Origin: a virus
Reading direction: 5' to 3' (one strand)
IMG/VR virus record: IMGVR_UViG_3300031857_000018
Coordinates: 64,001 to 128,000 of that record
DNA length: 64,000 nt
Shown here one piece after another: positions 48,158 to 57,210 of this stretch. How positions within the stretch are numbered: the first letter of the stretch is position 1; the number at the start of each line of letters is the position of its first letter. A program made the translations under genes and the position numbers. A model generated the notes under the pieces. That model saw only the letters and a program-made list of their open reading frames with translations, was not told the DNA's origin and did not search any database.

Positions 48158-48608
48158 CTCCTAATGCATCGATCAATGCTTTAATTGCTTCAAATTCAGT
48201 GAAGTGCAGTGATATCATTTTGCTATCTGAAATTGCAATATCCCATCCTTCGCCGTTAGTCCATTCAGTAACCTCGACATAGTCATGTTTCTTGTGCCAT
48301 GCATCATGCAGATTCACAAAGGCTGATGCTCGTTTACTTAGTTCAATTTTCTTGCTATCGATCCATTCTTCGGCAGCTTCTAATCCTTCTTCTACCTTAC
48401 GTTGTTTCTCAATATGCGCTCGGATATCACCAATAGTATGAATACCTTGTGCTGAGTTATCAGTTGGATACACTTCAGTAGCATCGGGTAATAGTTCTGC
48501 TATCAAATCCGTAAACCACATTTCGGCTCCCAATACACCGCCTCCTACTCTGCGCGCGATGTCGCGGGACTCGCCATCTTTTAGTAATACTGCAAATGTT
48601 GTGCTCAT
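48129..48608 (-). CDS. Hypothetical protein (start reassigned to 48608)
   Basis: EVTEWTNGEGWDI C-terminal domain. Confidence 0.6.
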   Translation of the reverse strand: MSTTFAVLLKDGESRDIARRVGGGVLGAEMWFTDLIAELLPDATEVYPTDNSAQGIHTIGDIRAHIEKQRKVEEGLEAAEEWIDSKKIELSKRASAFVNLHDAWHKKHDYVEVTEWTNGEGWDIAISDSKMISLHFTEFEAIKALIDALGVEYECNSAK

Positions 48609-48612
48609 AGTC

Positions 48613-48879
48613 TTATTTTTTATCTTCAAATATATCATCGACGCCTAACAGGTTGTTGTAGGTTTCTCTCCAATTGGTAATTACTGGTTGCAACACAAAA
48701 AAAGAAACGGCACCTGCAGGAGCCCAAACCCACCACAAATGCAATGGAGCTACTACTACGATGATAGTTGCTAATAGTCCGGTTGCTAATGTCATCACCG
48801 TAAACAAAGTTACTAGGAATCTTTTAAACATTGTCTTCATTGTTTTCATTTTCTTGTTGTTTTTGTTGTTCATATTCAT
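48613..48879 (-). CDS. Two-TM membrane protein (holin candidate; start uncertain)
   Basis: Two TM helices near the transglycosylase gene. Confidence 0.45.
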   Translation of the reverse strand: MNMNNKNNKKMKTMKTMFKRFLVTLFTVMTLATGLLATIIVVVAPLHLWWVWAPAGAVSFFVLQPVITNWRETYNNLLGVDDIFEDKK

Positions 48880-49096
48880 AACGACTAACGATCAATTCTC
48901 TTTGCATTCTGCCTCGATTGCTTTCTCTGGCTTGCACCTGCTGATAGGCTTCTTCTAATTCTTCAGTGGTCATGTATGCAATCTCTCTTTGAGTTGGTGT
49001 CATGAAATCACGTGGATCAATAGACTGCTGTAATTGTTTTAACAATGCATCAAACTGCTCTTGTTCTGACATTTCTGTGTTTTGTTCTTCAGACAT
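48824..49096 (-). CDS. Hypothetical Q/E-rich protein
   Basis: TTGGAA-N17-TATAAT promoter upstream. Confidence 0.5.
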   Translation of the reverse strand: MSEEQNTEMSEQEQFDALLKQLQQSIDPRDFMTPTQREIAYMTTEELEEAYQQVQARESNRGRMQRELIVSRYEYEQQKQQENENNEDNV

Positions 49097-49126
49097 ATTT
49101 TTATTTTATTATATGAAATTATTAGT

Positions 49127-49660
49127 TTATTTCCAATTGATTCGGTGTGCATATACACGATTAGCATATCCGTTAACACACGGTCTTCCTGTGTTATAAC
49201 AGCCAAACACTGTCTTCCAATCTCCGTATTTGTTATACAACTTGCGAAGCACTTTCATTGATGTCATAACATTGTATTCAATATCATTGCGTAATCTTTC
49301 ACGCGAAACATTGTCATGATTATTGCTACGAGCAGTTGGTAACATGATTTGCATAGGTCCTAAGGCTCCTGCTGATGATCCTTGTGCGTGATTATAGTTC
49401 CAATGAAAAGGACCATTGTAGCCTGTTTCTGCTGCAGCAATGCCATATGCATAACGCTTTGGAATGTTAAACGAATCTGCATATCGTTCAATATGAAAAT
49501 ACATTTGCATACACGGAGGATCCTGTGTGGTAACTGCTTTATATTCTCGAATTGTTTCTGTTTGAATTGGTACCGACTCGGTGTTATCAAATGAAACGAT
49601 AGCAGCCGCACCTCCGGCTACTATCATTAGAATCTTAAATCTAATCATTTGACTTAGCAT
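49127..49660 (-). CDS. Lytic transglycosylase (SLT), N-terminal signal/anchor; endolysin candidate
   Basis: AETGY, SSAGALGPMQIM..TA, YNTG and YANRV motifs. Confidence 0.85.
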   Translation of the reverse strand: MLSQMIRFKILMIVAGGAAAIVSFDNTESVPIQTETIREYKAVTTQDPPCMQMYFHIERYADSFNIPKRYAYGIAAAETGYNGPFHWNYNHAQGSSAGALGPMQIMLPTARSNNHDNVSRERLRNDIEYNVMTSMKVLRKLYNKYGDWKTVFGCYNTGRPCVNGYANRVYAHRINWK

Positions 49661-49964
49661 TTTGATAAATACGATTCGTATACATACGGAAGATGGTCAT
49701 ACCAATCTCATCCGAGTATACAACATACTTACCAGTTTTTCTTTCAATCAGCATAAGCTCATTTGCTTCATTAACTGCAATTGAAATTTCATCCGGTGCA
49801 AATGCTTTTGCATATGGATTCGATACAAGTTCTTTCTTTGGAGGAAAGTTTTGCGTGTATCGCCCAATGGAAAATCCTAGAGCCAATGCGCCAACAATTG
49901 TTGCATAACTTAATACTCGTTTCGCAACTGTTACGAACTGTTCTTTACTTACTGGCATTTTCAT
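49641..49964 (-). CDS. Membrane-anchored protein upstream of SLT (start reassigned to 49964)
   Basis: Single TM helix; overlaps the SLT start. Confidence 0.55.
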   Translation of the reverse strand: MKMPVSKEQFVTVAKRVLSYATIVGALALGFSIGRYTQNFPPKKELVSNPYAKAFAPDEISIAVNEANELMLIERKTGKYVVYSDEIGMTIFRMYTNRIYQNAKSND

Positions 49965-49981
49965 ATATATTTGTTTTTGGA

Positions 49982-50260
49982 TTACTTGTTTGTGTTGCAA
50001 CTAGCTGCAAACTGTTCAATTGTCTTAACTCCACAGGCACATGTGCGAGTGATGCTATCAAATTGACAATGCGGGCGTGCTTTGAGTTTGTTCTGAATCC
50101 ATACATGTTGCTCAGATTCAATTGGAGAAACTCGGCTGTCTGGATACGTTGTACGAGCTATTCTCAACCTTCTAGGTTCTTCTCGTTTGGGTTTACATAA
50201 CATTCCTAAGTGTCGAAGCATCAATAGGAAACTTGTGGTAAGATTTCTTTTTCGTGTCAT
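49982..50260 (-). CDS. Hypothetical protein
   Basis: Promoter TTGGAT-N17-TATATT and AAAGAG leader. Confidence 0.5.
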   Translation of the reverse strand: MTRKRNLTTSFLLMLRHLGMLCKPKREEPRRLRIARTTYPDSRVSPIESEQHVWIQNKLKARPHCQFDSITRTCACGVKTIEQFAASCNTNK

Positions 50261-50548
50261 AACTCTTTCTCTTTTTTATAATATAAGAAATATTTAGCAA
50301 TTATCCAACCGATATCGGTAGAGTTTTTAATCTAAATAGATGTCATGAAACACAATGCAATATGCATTTAGTGTAGCTGCTTGATCAAACAACATGGTTC
50401 TCTTAAACGGATCTGTAGCTACTTTATATTGTGCTACAATAATATTAGCGTACGCTTGTGCTAACTTTCTAATAACTCTCTTTTTCATAATTCTTTTTCT
50501 ATAATATAAGAAATAAAAAGAAAAGACCCAACCTGCCCAGGCGATTAA

Positions 50549-50887
50549 TTAATCTTTAAGTAAATCTTTCTTTGTGTTCTTTTTCACTTCAAAATACGTA
50601 TCAATTAGTTTGTCAATACGTTTGTCAGTGTATGCTTTGCTTTCGCGATGCATTTCATCCATCACACGATGCATACTTTCATCATTGCGATTAATTTGGT
50701 TTCTCAGAGTTTGTTCCACCATGTTGATGTCTCTGAAGATTTCGCGTTCGGTATCTTCCTGGCGCTTTTTTAATGGTAGCAATTCTTTTGCTAACGCTGT
50801 TACCTTAAGCACACCTATAACGATTGCAACTACAATTGCAAACACAATCATCGTAAGTATACCTATAGCAAATGATCCTATACTCAT
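50549..50887 (-). CDS. Membrane-anchored coiled-coil protein (start reassigned to 50887)
   Basis: N-terminal TM helix + coiled coil. Confidence 0.6.
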   Translation of the reverse strand: MSIGSFAIGILTMIVFAIVVAIVIGVLKVTALAKELLPLKKRQEDTEREIFRDINMVEQTLRNQINRNDESMHRVMDEMHRESKAYTDKRIDKLIDTYFEVKKNTKKDLLKD

Positions 50888-50929
50888 AATAGTTCTCCTT
50901 GGTTGATGCCCGGGCAGGTGGATCATTAA

Positions 50930-51331
50930 TTATTTTGTAATTTTAAATAATTCGTAGTTGCTGTTCTTAGTTTCAAATTTGATATAATCTTCACGTTGCT
51001 CAACAATTCGAGTTACGCCTGTTGTCTGCCAAGTAAAGAACTGATTGAACGGAGACATTAGCAACGATCTACCTTCTGCAGGTTCGTCGTGTCTTGCTTT
51101 GTAGTAACCGGTTTCATTCCATTCGAGCCATGTAATCCTTGCACTGGTACACGTTAAACCATCACGTTCTCGTACTAGCTTCCAATTCTTTTCGCCATCG
51201 ACTACTCCTTGATCTACGGCAGCTTTAATCAAGTCATCTTCAACCACAACCGGTATCTTTATTTGATTTAATTTACTCTTCGGCTGTGGCATATCGCCAT
51301 CCGACAGTTGTGGGTCGTTCCAATCTTTCAT
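50930..51331 (-). CDS. Hypothetical protein
   Basis: WQTT.V..I......F.T.NS.Y.L conserved-looking phage pattern. Confidence 0.6.
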   Translation of the reverse strand: MKDWNDPQLSDGDMPQPKSKLNQIKIPVVVEDDLIKAAVDQGVVDGEKNWKLVRERDGLTCTSARITWLEWNETGYYKARHDEPAEGRSLLMSPFNQFFTWQTTGVTRIVEQREDYIKFETKNSNYELFKITK

Positions 51332-51332
51332 A

Positions 51333-51557
51333 TTAATCTAATTTTAATCCAGCTTCTGATTTTAATTCATGCAATGTTTCTCGGATCTTTTCCACTGCTT
51401 CATAAGCCTCACCGGTTAGTTTATCATTGTATTTTAACTCGCTTCGTAAGTGTTGGTCCAAGTCCCACACTATCATTTTCCATTTCCATCCATTGATGGC
51501 TGACTCCATTTCTTCACGATCTTCGTCGAAGTCAAATTCTAAAGTTACCTTTGCCAT
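51333..51557 (-). CDS. Hypothetical protein
   Basis: 74-aa coupled ORF. Confidence 0.55.
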   Translation of the reverse strand: MAKVTLEFDFDEDREEMESAINGWKWKMIVWDLDQHLRSELKYNDKLTGEAYEAVEKIRETLHELKSEAGLKLD

Positions 51558-52270
51558 ATTATTTCATTTGTTATGTTATCCCATTCAAAGTGCCATGGTT
51601 CCTGTGCATAATTGTATCGTTCATTCAACACTGCTGCATTGAAGTAGTGAGTGTGACCATCGAAGTAGTGTCCGTATCCTGAATGAATATGCCCACATAC
51701 ATGTATCTTGGGACGTATAGTTTCAATACGCTTTGCCAATAACTCACAACCTAAATGCTGACCTCTTCGGCCTTCTACATCATCCAAGAAACCCCAAGCA
51801 GGCCCATGTGTCACTAGTATATCAATGTTGTCAGGAATATCATTCCACTTTTGTTCCAACTCCCAACCATCGCGTGGCAAGTTGAATGCCCAATCATAAA
51901 ACCAAGGTTGCCATGGCGAACCATATATGCGAACATTTTCTTCTGGCATATCGCCATTTGCACCATCATTGTATACTCCTAACCAATCATCTTCTAGGTA
52001 CTCGATAGTCTTGTAACCTGTTAGTATGCCTTTTGCCTCTTCAGGCGCATCTTGCATCCATCGGTCATGATTGCCGGCAATGAACACTTTGGTGTCATAG
52101 CTGTTAAGTTGATCCAACCACTTGAAGAACATCATCGCTTCAGTTGGACTATATCCTGATGTCATGAAGTCTCCGGCATGGATCAGAATATCGCCACCTG
52201 GAAGATCTTTACTTAACAAGTCATGCTTTGCGTGGGTATCTGATATTAATGTTATTTTATATTTTGCCAT
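51545..52270 (-). CDS. Metallophosphoesterase
   Basis: SDTH, HAGD, AGNHD, THGP and CGHIH motifs. Confidence 0.9.
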   Translation of the reverse strand: MAKYKITLISDTHAKHDLLSKDLPGGDILIHAGDFMTSGYSPTEAMMFFKWLDQLNSYDTKVFIAGNHDRWMQDAPEEAKGILTGYKTIEYLEDDWLGVYNDGANGDMPEENVRIYGSPWQPWFYDWAFNLPRDGWELEQKWNDIPDNIDILVTHGPAWGFLDDVEGRRGQHLGCELLAKRIETIRPKIHVCGHIHSGYGHYFDGHTHYFNAAVLNERYNYAQEPWHFEWDNITNEIIWQR

Positions 52271-52274
52271 ATTC

Positions 52275-52793
52275 TTATCGTGTTATACCTAGGTCTTTAA
52301 GACTCTTTGGCGTGTAATTAACTTGTTCACAGGATACACAAATATATCGTCGGTCTACTCGGTTGAAAATAGTTCGACCAAATAGTTTAACTGGTACCTC
52401 AACCACCTTTTCGTGTATGTGACCGTGTATGTTGTATTTAATACGATAATCCATTTCCATTGGGTGAACTGGGCAGTGTGTCAGGAAGATGCCTTTATAC
52501 TGCACCATACCGGCAAGGTAGTCAACATGCTCTAACATTTTACGGGAGTGGTTGGGCTTGTCGTGGTTTCCTCCCACTACTATCTTGCGACCGTTAAGAC
52601 GATCCAATATATCATAGTTCGCCTTTTCCATTGTTACATCCCCTAAAATATAGGTAATATCGCGTTTGTGTACCGTTTTGTTCCATTGCTGCGCGATAAA
52701 CTCGTCTTGTTCGCCTGCTGAGGCGAATCCTCGATGCTTTGCCATGTTCTCATGACCAAAGTGCAAGTCTGCTATGAATCGTACTGTACTCAT
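52275..52793 (-). CDS. Metallophosphoesterase (calcineurin-like)
   Basis: ADLHFGH, LGD, GNHD, THCP and HGHIH motifs. Confidence 0.9.
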   Translation of the reverse strand: MSTVRFIADLHFGHENMAKHRGFASAGEQDEFIAQQWNKTVHKRDITYILGDVTMEKANYDILDRLNGRKIVVGGNHDKPNHSRKMLEHVDYLAGMVQYKGIFLTHCPVHPMEMDYRIKYNIHGHIHEKVVEVPVKLFGRTIFNRVDRRYICVSCEQVNYTPKSLKDLGITR

Positions 52794-52838
52794 TTTCTTT
52801 TTCTTTAATATAAGAATAAAAAATGAAACATCCTAATA

Positions 52839-54821
52839 TTATCTGAACAATGTTACATGCCCGTGCAACATGGACTTTCCATCTGTGTCAGGATCGCCAT
52901 ACGTAACCATGTAGAAATAAACTCCATCTTGGCACATCCTGCCTTGATATGTTCCATCCCATCCTGCATTTGCATCATACGACTGCCAAATGAGTTGTCC
53001 CCAACGATTATAGATAGTGAGCTCGAACTCATACGGATCGAAGCCAGAAGTAAAAACGGGTTGCCACATGTTGTTATATTCATCGCCATCCGGTGTAAAC
53101 GTGTTAGGAATGAATATCAAAGTCTCTGGACATTGTGATACAGTTACCGATGCAGTCTGAGTATTAGATATGCACCCATTTGCATAATATGTTACAGATA
53201 CCGTATTCACGCCTTCCATGCTCCACGTTATGGTTTCATTCAATGTGTTTTGCTGGATTGTGTCACCCATCCATATCCATTCATAGTAACCACCAGGCGG
53301 CGTGCTTTGTGCACTCCAAGTTATGTTTGTTATATCTAACTCACATAATTCATAGAATGCATTATATGGCGTTATAGAATCTAATACTGGTGTCGGATAC
53401 ACTGTAATTTGTATGACCGTATCAAACACACAACCGCTTTGCTGATATTCATATGTTATCGAGTTGGTGCCAACTGCTATGCTAGGATCAAACTGTACTC
53501 CGGTTACTCCGATTCCTGTGAATTGTCCTCCTATAGGTACTGCTGATAAATTAACAACATCATCATACTCACACAAAGGCGCCTGTGGTTGTATGACAGG
53601 ATCGATATTAAATATGAATAAATCAACTGCTTCAGTTAAACCGACGCACCCATTAAGCTCCGGCGTTACTTGCACTGCTCCTGGAATGAATCCTGGTGGT
53701 AATGCACTCCAATCCACCGTAATGCTATCTGTACCTTGTCCTGATGTGATAACACCAACCGCATCCCAAACAAATATAACTCCTGGTTGTGATGTTGTAA
53801 CATAACTAGCTAGGTTTGATTGCCAACAAATTGTGTCTGATGACTGTATTGGAGTGACAACGGGAATTGCAGTTCCAGGTAACACAAACACAGTGTCTGG
53901 TCCAGGTCCGACTGCGCCATTACATGTAGACCAACCTGCATTGCAAATTGGATAAACAAATCGACAAGTATACTGTGCTCCAGCGGCTGGTGGTGTTACT
54001 GTGATTGAAGCTCCAGTTCCTATAGGTGCTGCTACTCCTACTTGGTACCAAGTTAATGTAGGTGTAACCGTAGGTCCGTCAGGAGTCCAACGCCACGAAT
54101 CATTGGTTGCGGTCCACGCAGTTGAGTTTCGTCCTGGCACGGCTACTGCTGCAGTACCTGTTGCATTGTGTATGGCTTCAACGGCAGTACCACCCGACCA
54201 TTGCAGACAGGCAGGCTTGTTTTGTATATGGTTTTCAATCACATTGGTTGATTCGTATATTACTATGTGAAATGTTCCAAAGTTATTTGTGCATGAAAAC
54301 ATTGGTACTCCGATCCAACTCACTGTAAGTTTTCTACAAGGTGCAACTCCTGATACTTGATATCTTATTTGTCCACCTAGGCCAGGATGCCAATCCTGCC
54401 ACGGTCCCATGATACAATTTCTAGGGACTAATGCATTTACCGTTGGTACTGTTTGGGATGTAAACGTAGTAGGTTGTGCTGGGCTAAATGATATCCATCC
54501 ATTGGATCCTACGTAGAACTGAGTATAGGTTTGACCATAGAAACAAAACGTGAATCCTATATTAAAAGGACCTTGCTGTGAATCATCAGTCATTACCAAA
54601 TTAGTTCCTGTGTTAGTTTGTGCTGCATATGGAATGCTAGTAACTGCGTATGCTGTGGTTTGTTTTGGATTTGTCCCTGCTGCACATTGTGATAAATCTG
54701 CGGTCAATGTTGTTGATGCAACGCCACACGGTAATGTCTGATCAGGACCTAATGCCGGACAATACTGAGAATTAACTGTGCTAGCAGCTAGCAGTATTAA
54801 AAATGTAAATAAGTGTTTCAT
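52839..54821 (-). CDS. Secreted protein with T9SS type-B (gliding-motility-associated, CHU_C) C-terminal domain
   Basis: Signal peptide; C-terminal IFIPNTFTPDGD..N...TIYNRWG......GWDGTY.G.....GVYFY. Confidence 0.85.
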   Translation of the reverse strand: MKHLFTFLILLAASTVNSQYCPALGPDQTLPCGVASTTLTADLSQCAAGTNPKQTTAYAVTSIPYAAQTNTGTNLVMTDDSQQGPFNIGFTFCFYGQTYTQFYVGSNGWISFSPAQPTTFTSQTVPTVNALVPRNCIMGPWQDWHPGLGGQIRYQVSGVAPCRKLTVSWIGVPMFSCTNNFGTFHIVIYESTNVIENHIQNKPACLQWSGGTAVEAIHNATGTAAVAVPGRNSTAWTATNDSWRWTPDGPTVTPTLTWYQVGVAAPIGTGASITVTPPAAGAQYTCRFVYPICNAGWSTCNGAVGPGPDTVFVLPGTAIPVVTPIQSSDTICWQSNLASYVTTSQPGVIFVWDAVGVITSGQGTDSITVDWSALPPGFIPGAVQVTPELNGCVGLTEAVDLFIFNIDPVIQPQAPLCEYDDVVNLSAVPIGGQFTGIGVTGVQFDPSIAVGTNSITYEYQQSGCVFDTVIQITVYPTPVLDSITPYNAFYELCELDITNITWSAQSTPPGGYYEWIWMGDTIQQNTLNETITWSMEGVNTVSVTYYANGCISNTQTASVTVSQCPETLIFIPNTFTPDGDEYNNMWQPVFTSGFDPYEFELTIYNRWGQLIWQSYDANAGWDGTYQGRMCQDGVYFYMVTYGDPDTDGKSMLHGHVTLFR

Positions 54822-54849
54822 GGTAACCTTTTAAATAAATATGTAAAGT

Positions 54850-55200
54850 AAAAAAGCCCCGGAGTATTACACTGCGAGGCTTTAAATGTGTCAAGTTATC
54901 TGAGTGATAAGGAGTATAGACAATGTCAACGACTACGTCACTGTCAAAGACCTTCCTTGCAGCAAAGGCAAAGTCAAAAACTAAGTCTCGGTTTGTTAGC
55001 CAATTATCTTCTCGAGTAACCTGTCTAACGGTTGAGTTCTATCTCAGTTTTAAGTTTGCAAGGAAGCGGTAGTTTCTGAAGCGTAATCAACGCGAATTAA
55101 TGTAGTTTATACAATATCTTGCTATATCTATATGAAAACCCTACCACCCTGATACAAAAAGAAAGGGCTTTGGCTTGTGCTTCCGCCCTAACTTACCTTG
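54850..55200 (-). ncRNA. Putative structured RNA downstream of coiled-coil gene
   Basis: 10-bp perfect inverted repeat 54952-54961/55057-55066, internal hairpins, hexamer-periodic tract 54916-54987, terminator 54850-54883. Confidence 0.5.
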
Positions 55201-55201
55201 A

Positions 55202-56122
55202 TTATTTTGATTCTTTTGCGATGAACATATCAATTACTGGCTGGAATCTTTCCGGCACTGATATACGCCATGATGCGATATCATTGATTTGTTTTTCCAA
55301 TTGTTCTTGGAACTCAAATTTAGCTTTCTTTTCAGCCGCATACCATTGTTCTTTAAGAGTTTCAAACTCTGCCCAAACTGTATTGTTATGTGCCGTAGCC
55401 GTAGCCATTTCATCTGCATTCGCTCGGGCGATACGAGCATTCTCAGCCGTAACTAGGTTTTTAACCTTGGCTTTGAAATAATTAACTCGCTGTTCGAATT
55501 CACGGTGCATTGCTGCCAATTCTTCATGAATTTGAGCCAATGATGCCGGAGTGTGATGACAATGAACTTCTACTGGAGTCTTTTCTCCTTCTTTTACAGT
55601 AATCCATTCTAGAGATTTCATGTTAGGCAATTCTATGCGTAACGCGTCTAATTCTCCACCTCGGTGAATAAATTGACCTATATGACTTGCATACGCCTCA
55701 GCTTCTAGGTATTCATTGTATTCAGCAACTGAAAGTTGATCCCATCCCCAAGACTCATCAACTTGATCAATTTGATTATTATATTTTAATTCCGCGCGCT
55801 CTGGGAATGCAACTTGGTTTGTATAATCAAACTCCATGTTGCGTGTTACTTTAAGCATGGCATCCTTTGCACGGATATTCTCCATAAGGAATGCCTGAGT
55901 TGCGCTTAAGCGAGCTTTCTCTTGAAGCAATGCAACGATATCGGTTGGAATCGGATTAGCTGGTTGCTGAGTATACGTCTTGCCGTTAACAGTCACCGTC
56001 TTAGATGCATTGTTAATAATAGACAACCGATCCTTGATGTCACGCACTCTTTGGTTGCAAAGGTTGCTTACTGATTGAGCTTGTGATAGAGATAATCCGG
56101 TTGTTGCTAATGAATGTTTCAT
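55202..56122 (-). CDS. Long coiled-coil protein (weakly DIP1984-like N-terminus)
   Basis: 306 aa, helical heptads; own TTGGAA-type promoter. Confidence 0.7.
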   Translation of the reverse strand: MKHSLATTGLSLSQAQSVSNLCNQRVRDIKDRLSIINNASKTVTVNGKTYTQQPANPIPTDIVALLQEKARLSATQAFLMENIRAKDAMLKVTRNMEFDYTNQVAFPERAELKYNNQIDQVDESWGWDQLSVAEYNEYLEAEAYASHIGQFIHRGGELDALRIELPNMKSLEWITVKEGEKTPVEVHCHHTPASLAQIHEELAAMHREFEQRVNYFKAKVKNLVTAENARIARANADEMATATAHNNTVWAEFETLKEQWYAAEKKAKFEFQEQLEKQINDIASWRISVPERFQPVIDMFIAKESK

Positions 56123-56201
56123 GTTTTCCTTGTTTAATTGTTTAACTTAATTAATAATAAGATACTTAATTCTAATTTCCAAATGTTTTTTAAACTTTTT
56201 G

Positions 56202-56275
56202 CACGCCTGGATGGATTCGAACCACCAACACTCGGATTTGGAATCCGATGCTCTACCAATTGGAGCTACAGACGC
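56202..56275 (-). tRNA. trnW: tRNA-Trp(CCA)
   Basis: Cloverleaf; anticodon arm TCGGA-TTCCAAA-TCCGA; T loop GTTCGAATC. Confidence 0.93.
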
Positions 56276-56281
56276 ATTTTG

Positions 56282-56419
56282 TAGTCAGGACAGGATTCGA
56301 ACCTGTGTCTTTTGTTTCGGCCATGCGAGCTCATCTGCATGCTTAGGCTTTTTGTCTTCTCGGCTCCGGAACCTTACGACTGTAGCGTCACCTGATTGGC
56401 TACCAATTGCCACCTGACT
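56282..56419 (-). ncRNA. tRNA-like RNA with enlarged central insert
   Basis: Acceptor stem AGTCAGG/CCTGACT and T arm ACAGG-TTCGAAT-CCTGT intact; 138 nt with no canonical anticodon arm. Confidence 0.75.
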
Positions 56420-56430
56420 AACCGTTAAAA

Positions 56431-56637
56431 TTAATACTCTCGGCCCTCGAACAACTTAATCAATCGGTAATGCCATTCTGCAGGAAAATCTGCGAGTCTG
56501 GAACTACTCTTTGCTTGTTGATGTGCCTCTTTTCTTGTCGTCGCCTCTACTATACGGTAGGGCGCTTGGTATCCATTTCTGTGACACCATTCCACTCTCC
56601 AAAGTGGATACTGTGCTTGCGCTTTCATAATGATCAA
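56431..56637 (-). CDS. Hypothetical protein within the tRNA cluster
   Basis: IVEATTRKEA pattern; start uncertain. Confidence 0.5.
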   Translation of the reverse strand: MIIMKAQAQYPLWRVEWCHRNGYQAPYRIVEATTRKEAHQQAKSSSRLADFPAEWHYRLIKLFEGREY

Positions 56638-56690
56638 TGATCATTGTCAGCCATAAGAATTGAGCATGTTACCCTTGTTTATTAATTTAG

Positions 56691-56773
56691 TACTCGGAGC
56701 GGGACTTGAACCCGCACGACCAATTGGCCAACAGATTTTAAGTCTGTCGTGTCTACCATTCCACCACCCAAGC
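56691..56773 (-). tRNA. trnL: tRNA-Leu(TAA)
   Basis: ACAGA-CTTAAAA-TCTGT anticodon arm; long variable arm; discriminator A. Confidence 0.93.
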
Positions 56774-56845
56774 AAGTGCCTGTCTTTCCAGGCTGTACAA
56801 CAAGGATATTCTTTGCGCATTAAGGACTCTCTTGTGCTTCCTTTG

Positions 56846-56919
56846 TACTCCTAGCAGGACTCGAACCTGCAACGCCTAGATCCTAAATCTAGTGTGTCTA
56901 CCAATTCCACCATAGAAGC
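56846..56919 (-). tRNA. trnL: tRNA-Leu(TAG) with short variable loop
   Basis: CTAGA-TTTAGGA-TCTAG anticodon arm; Leu-type D arm; 5-nt variable loop. Confidence 0.85.
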
Positions 56920-57093
56920 TTGAGCGTAGTGGGACTGCAGATCCCTGAGGCTCCTACGCAAGTTGTTCCTCTTTATGCCGGCGCCGCTCCCTGCACGGGA
57001 CTTGTACTTTGTCCTATTAAGCGTTTATGCAAAAGACACATCCTGGTACGCCGACCTGGGTAACCCAAATCCAATGCGTGATGTGTACTTTAG

Positions 57094-57165
57094 TAGTCCC
57101 ACGGAGAATCGAACTCCGATTTCTAGGATGAAAACCTAACGTCCTAACCGTTAGACGATGGGACC
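57094..57165 (-). tRNA. trnE: tRNA-Glu(TTC)
   Basis: TTAGG-TTTTCAT-CCTAG anticodon arm; GTCTAACGGTTAGGAC D arm. Confidence 0.93.
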
Positions 57166-57210
57166 ATAAATAAGAATGGCGTTTAAACCTTGCGTACCAG
57201 CTACCATTCT

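Noticed and set aside
56310-56345. Hammerhead ribozyme in the tRNA-like insert (CAGATGAG...CGAAAC)
   Set aside because: The core has A in place of the conserved U of CUGA, stem II pairs poorly, and CATGC/GCATG pairing competes.
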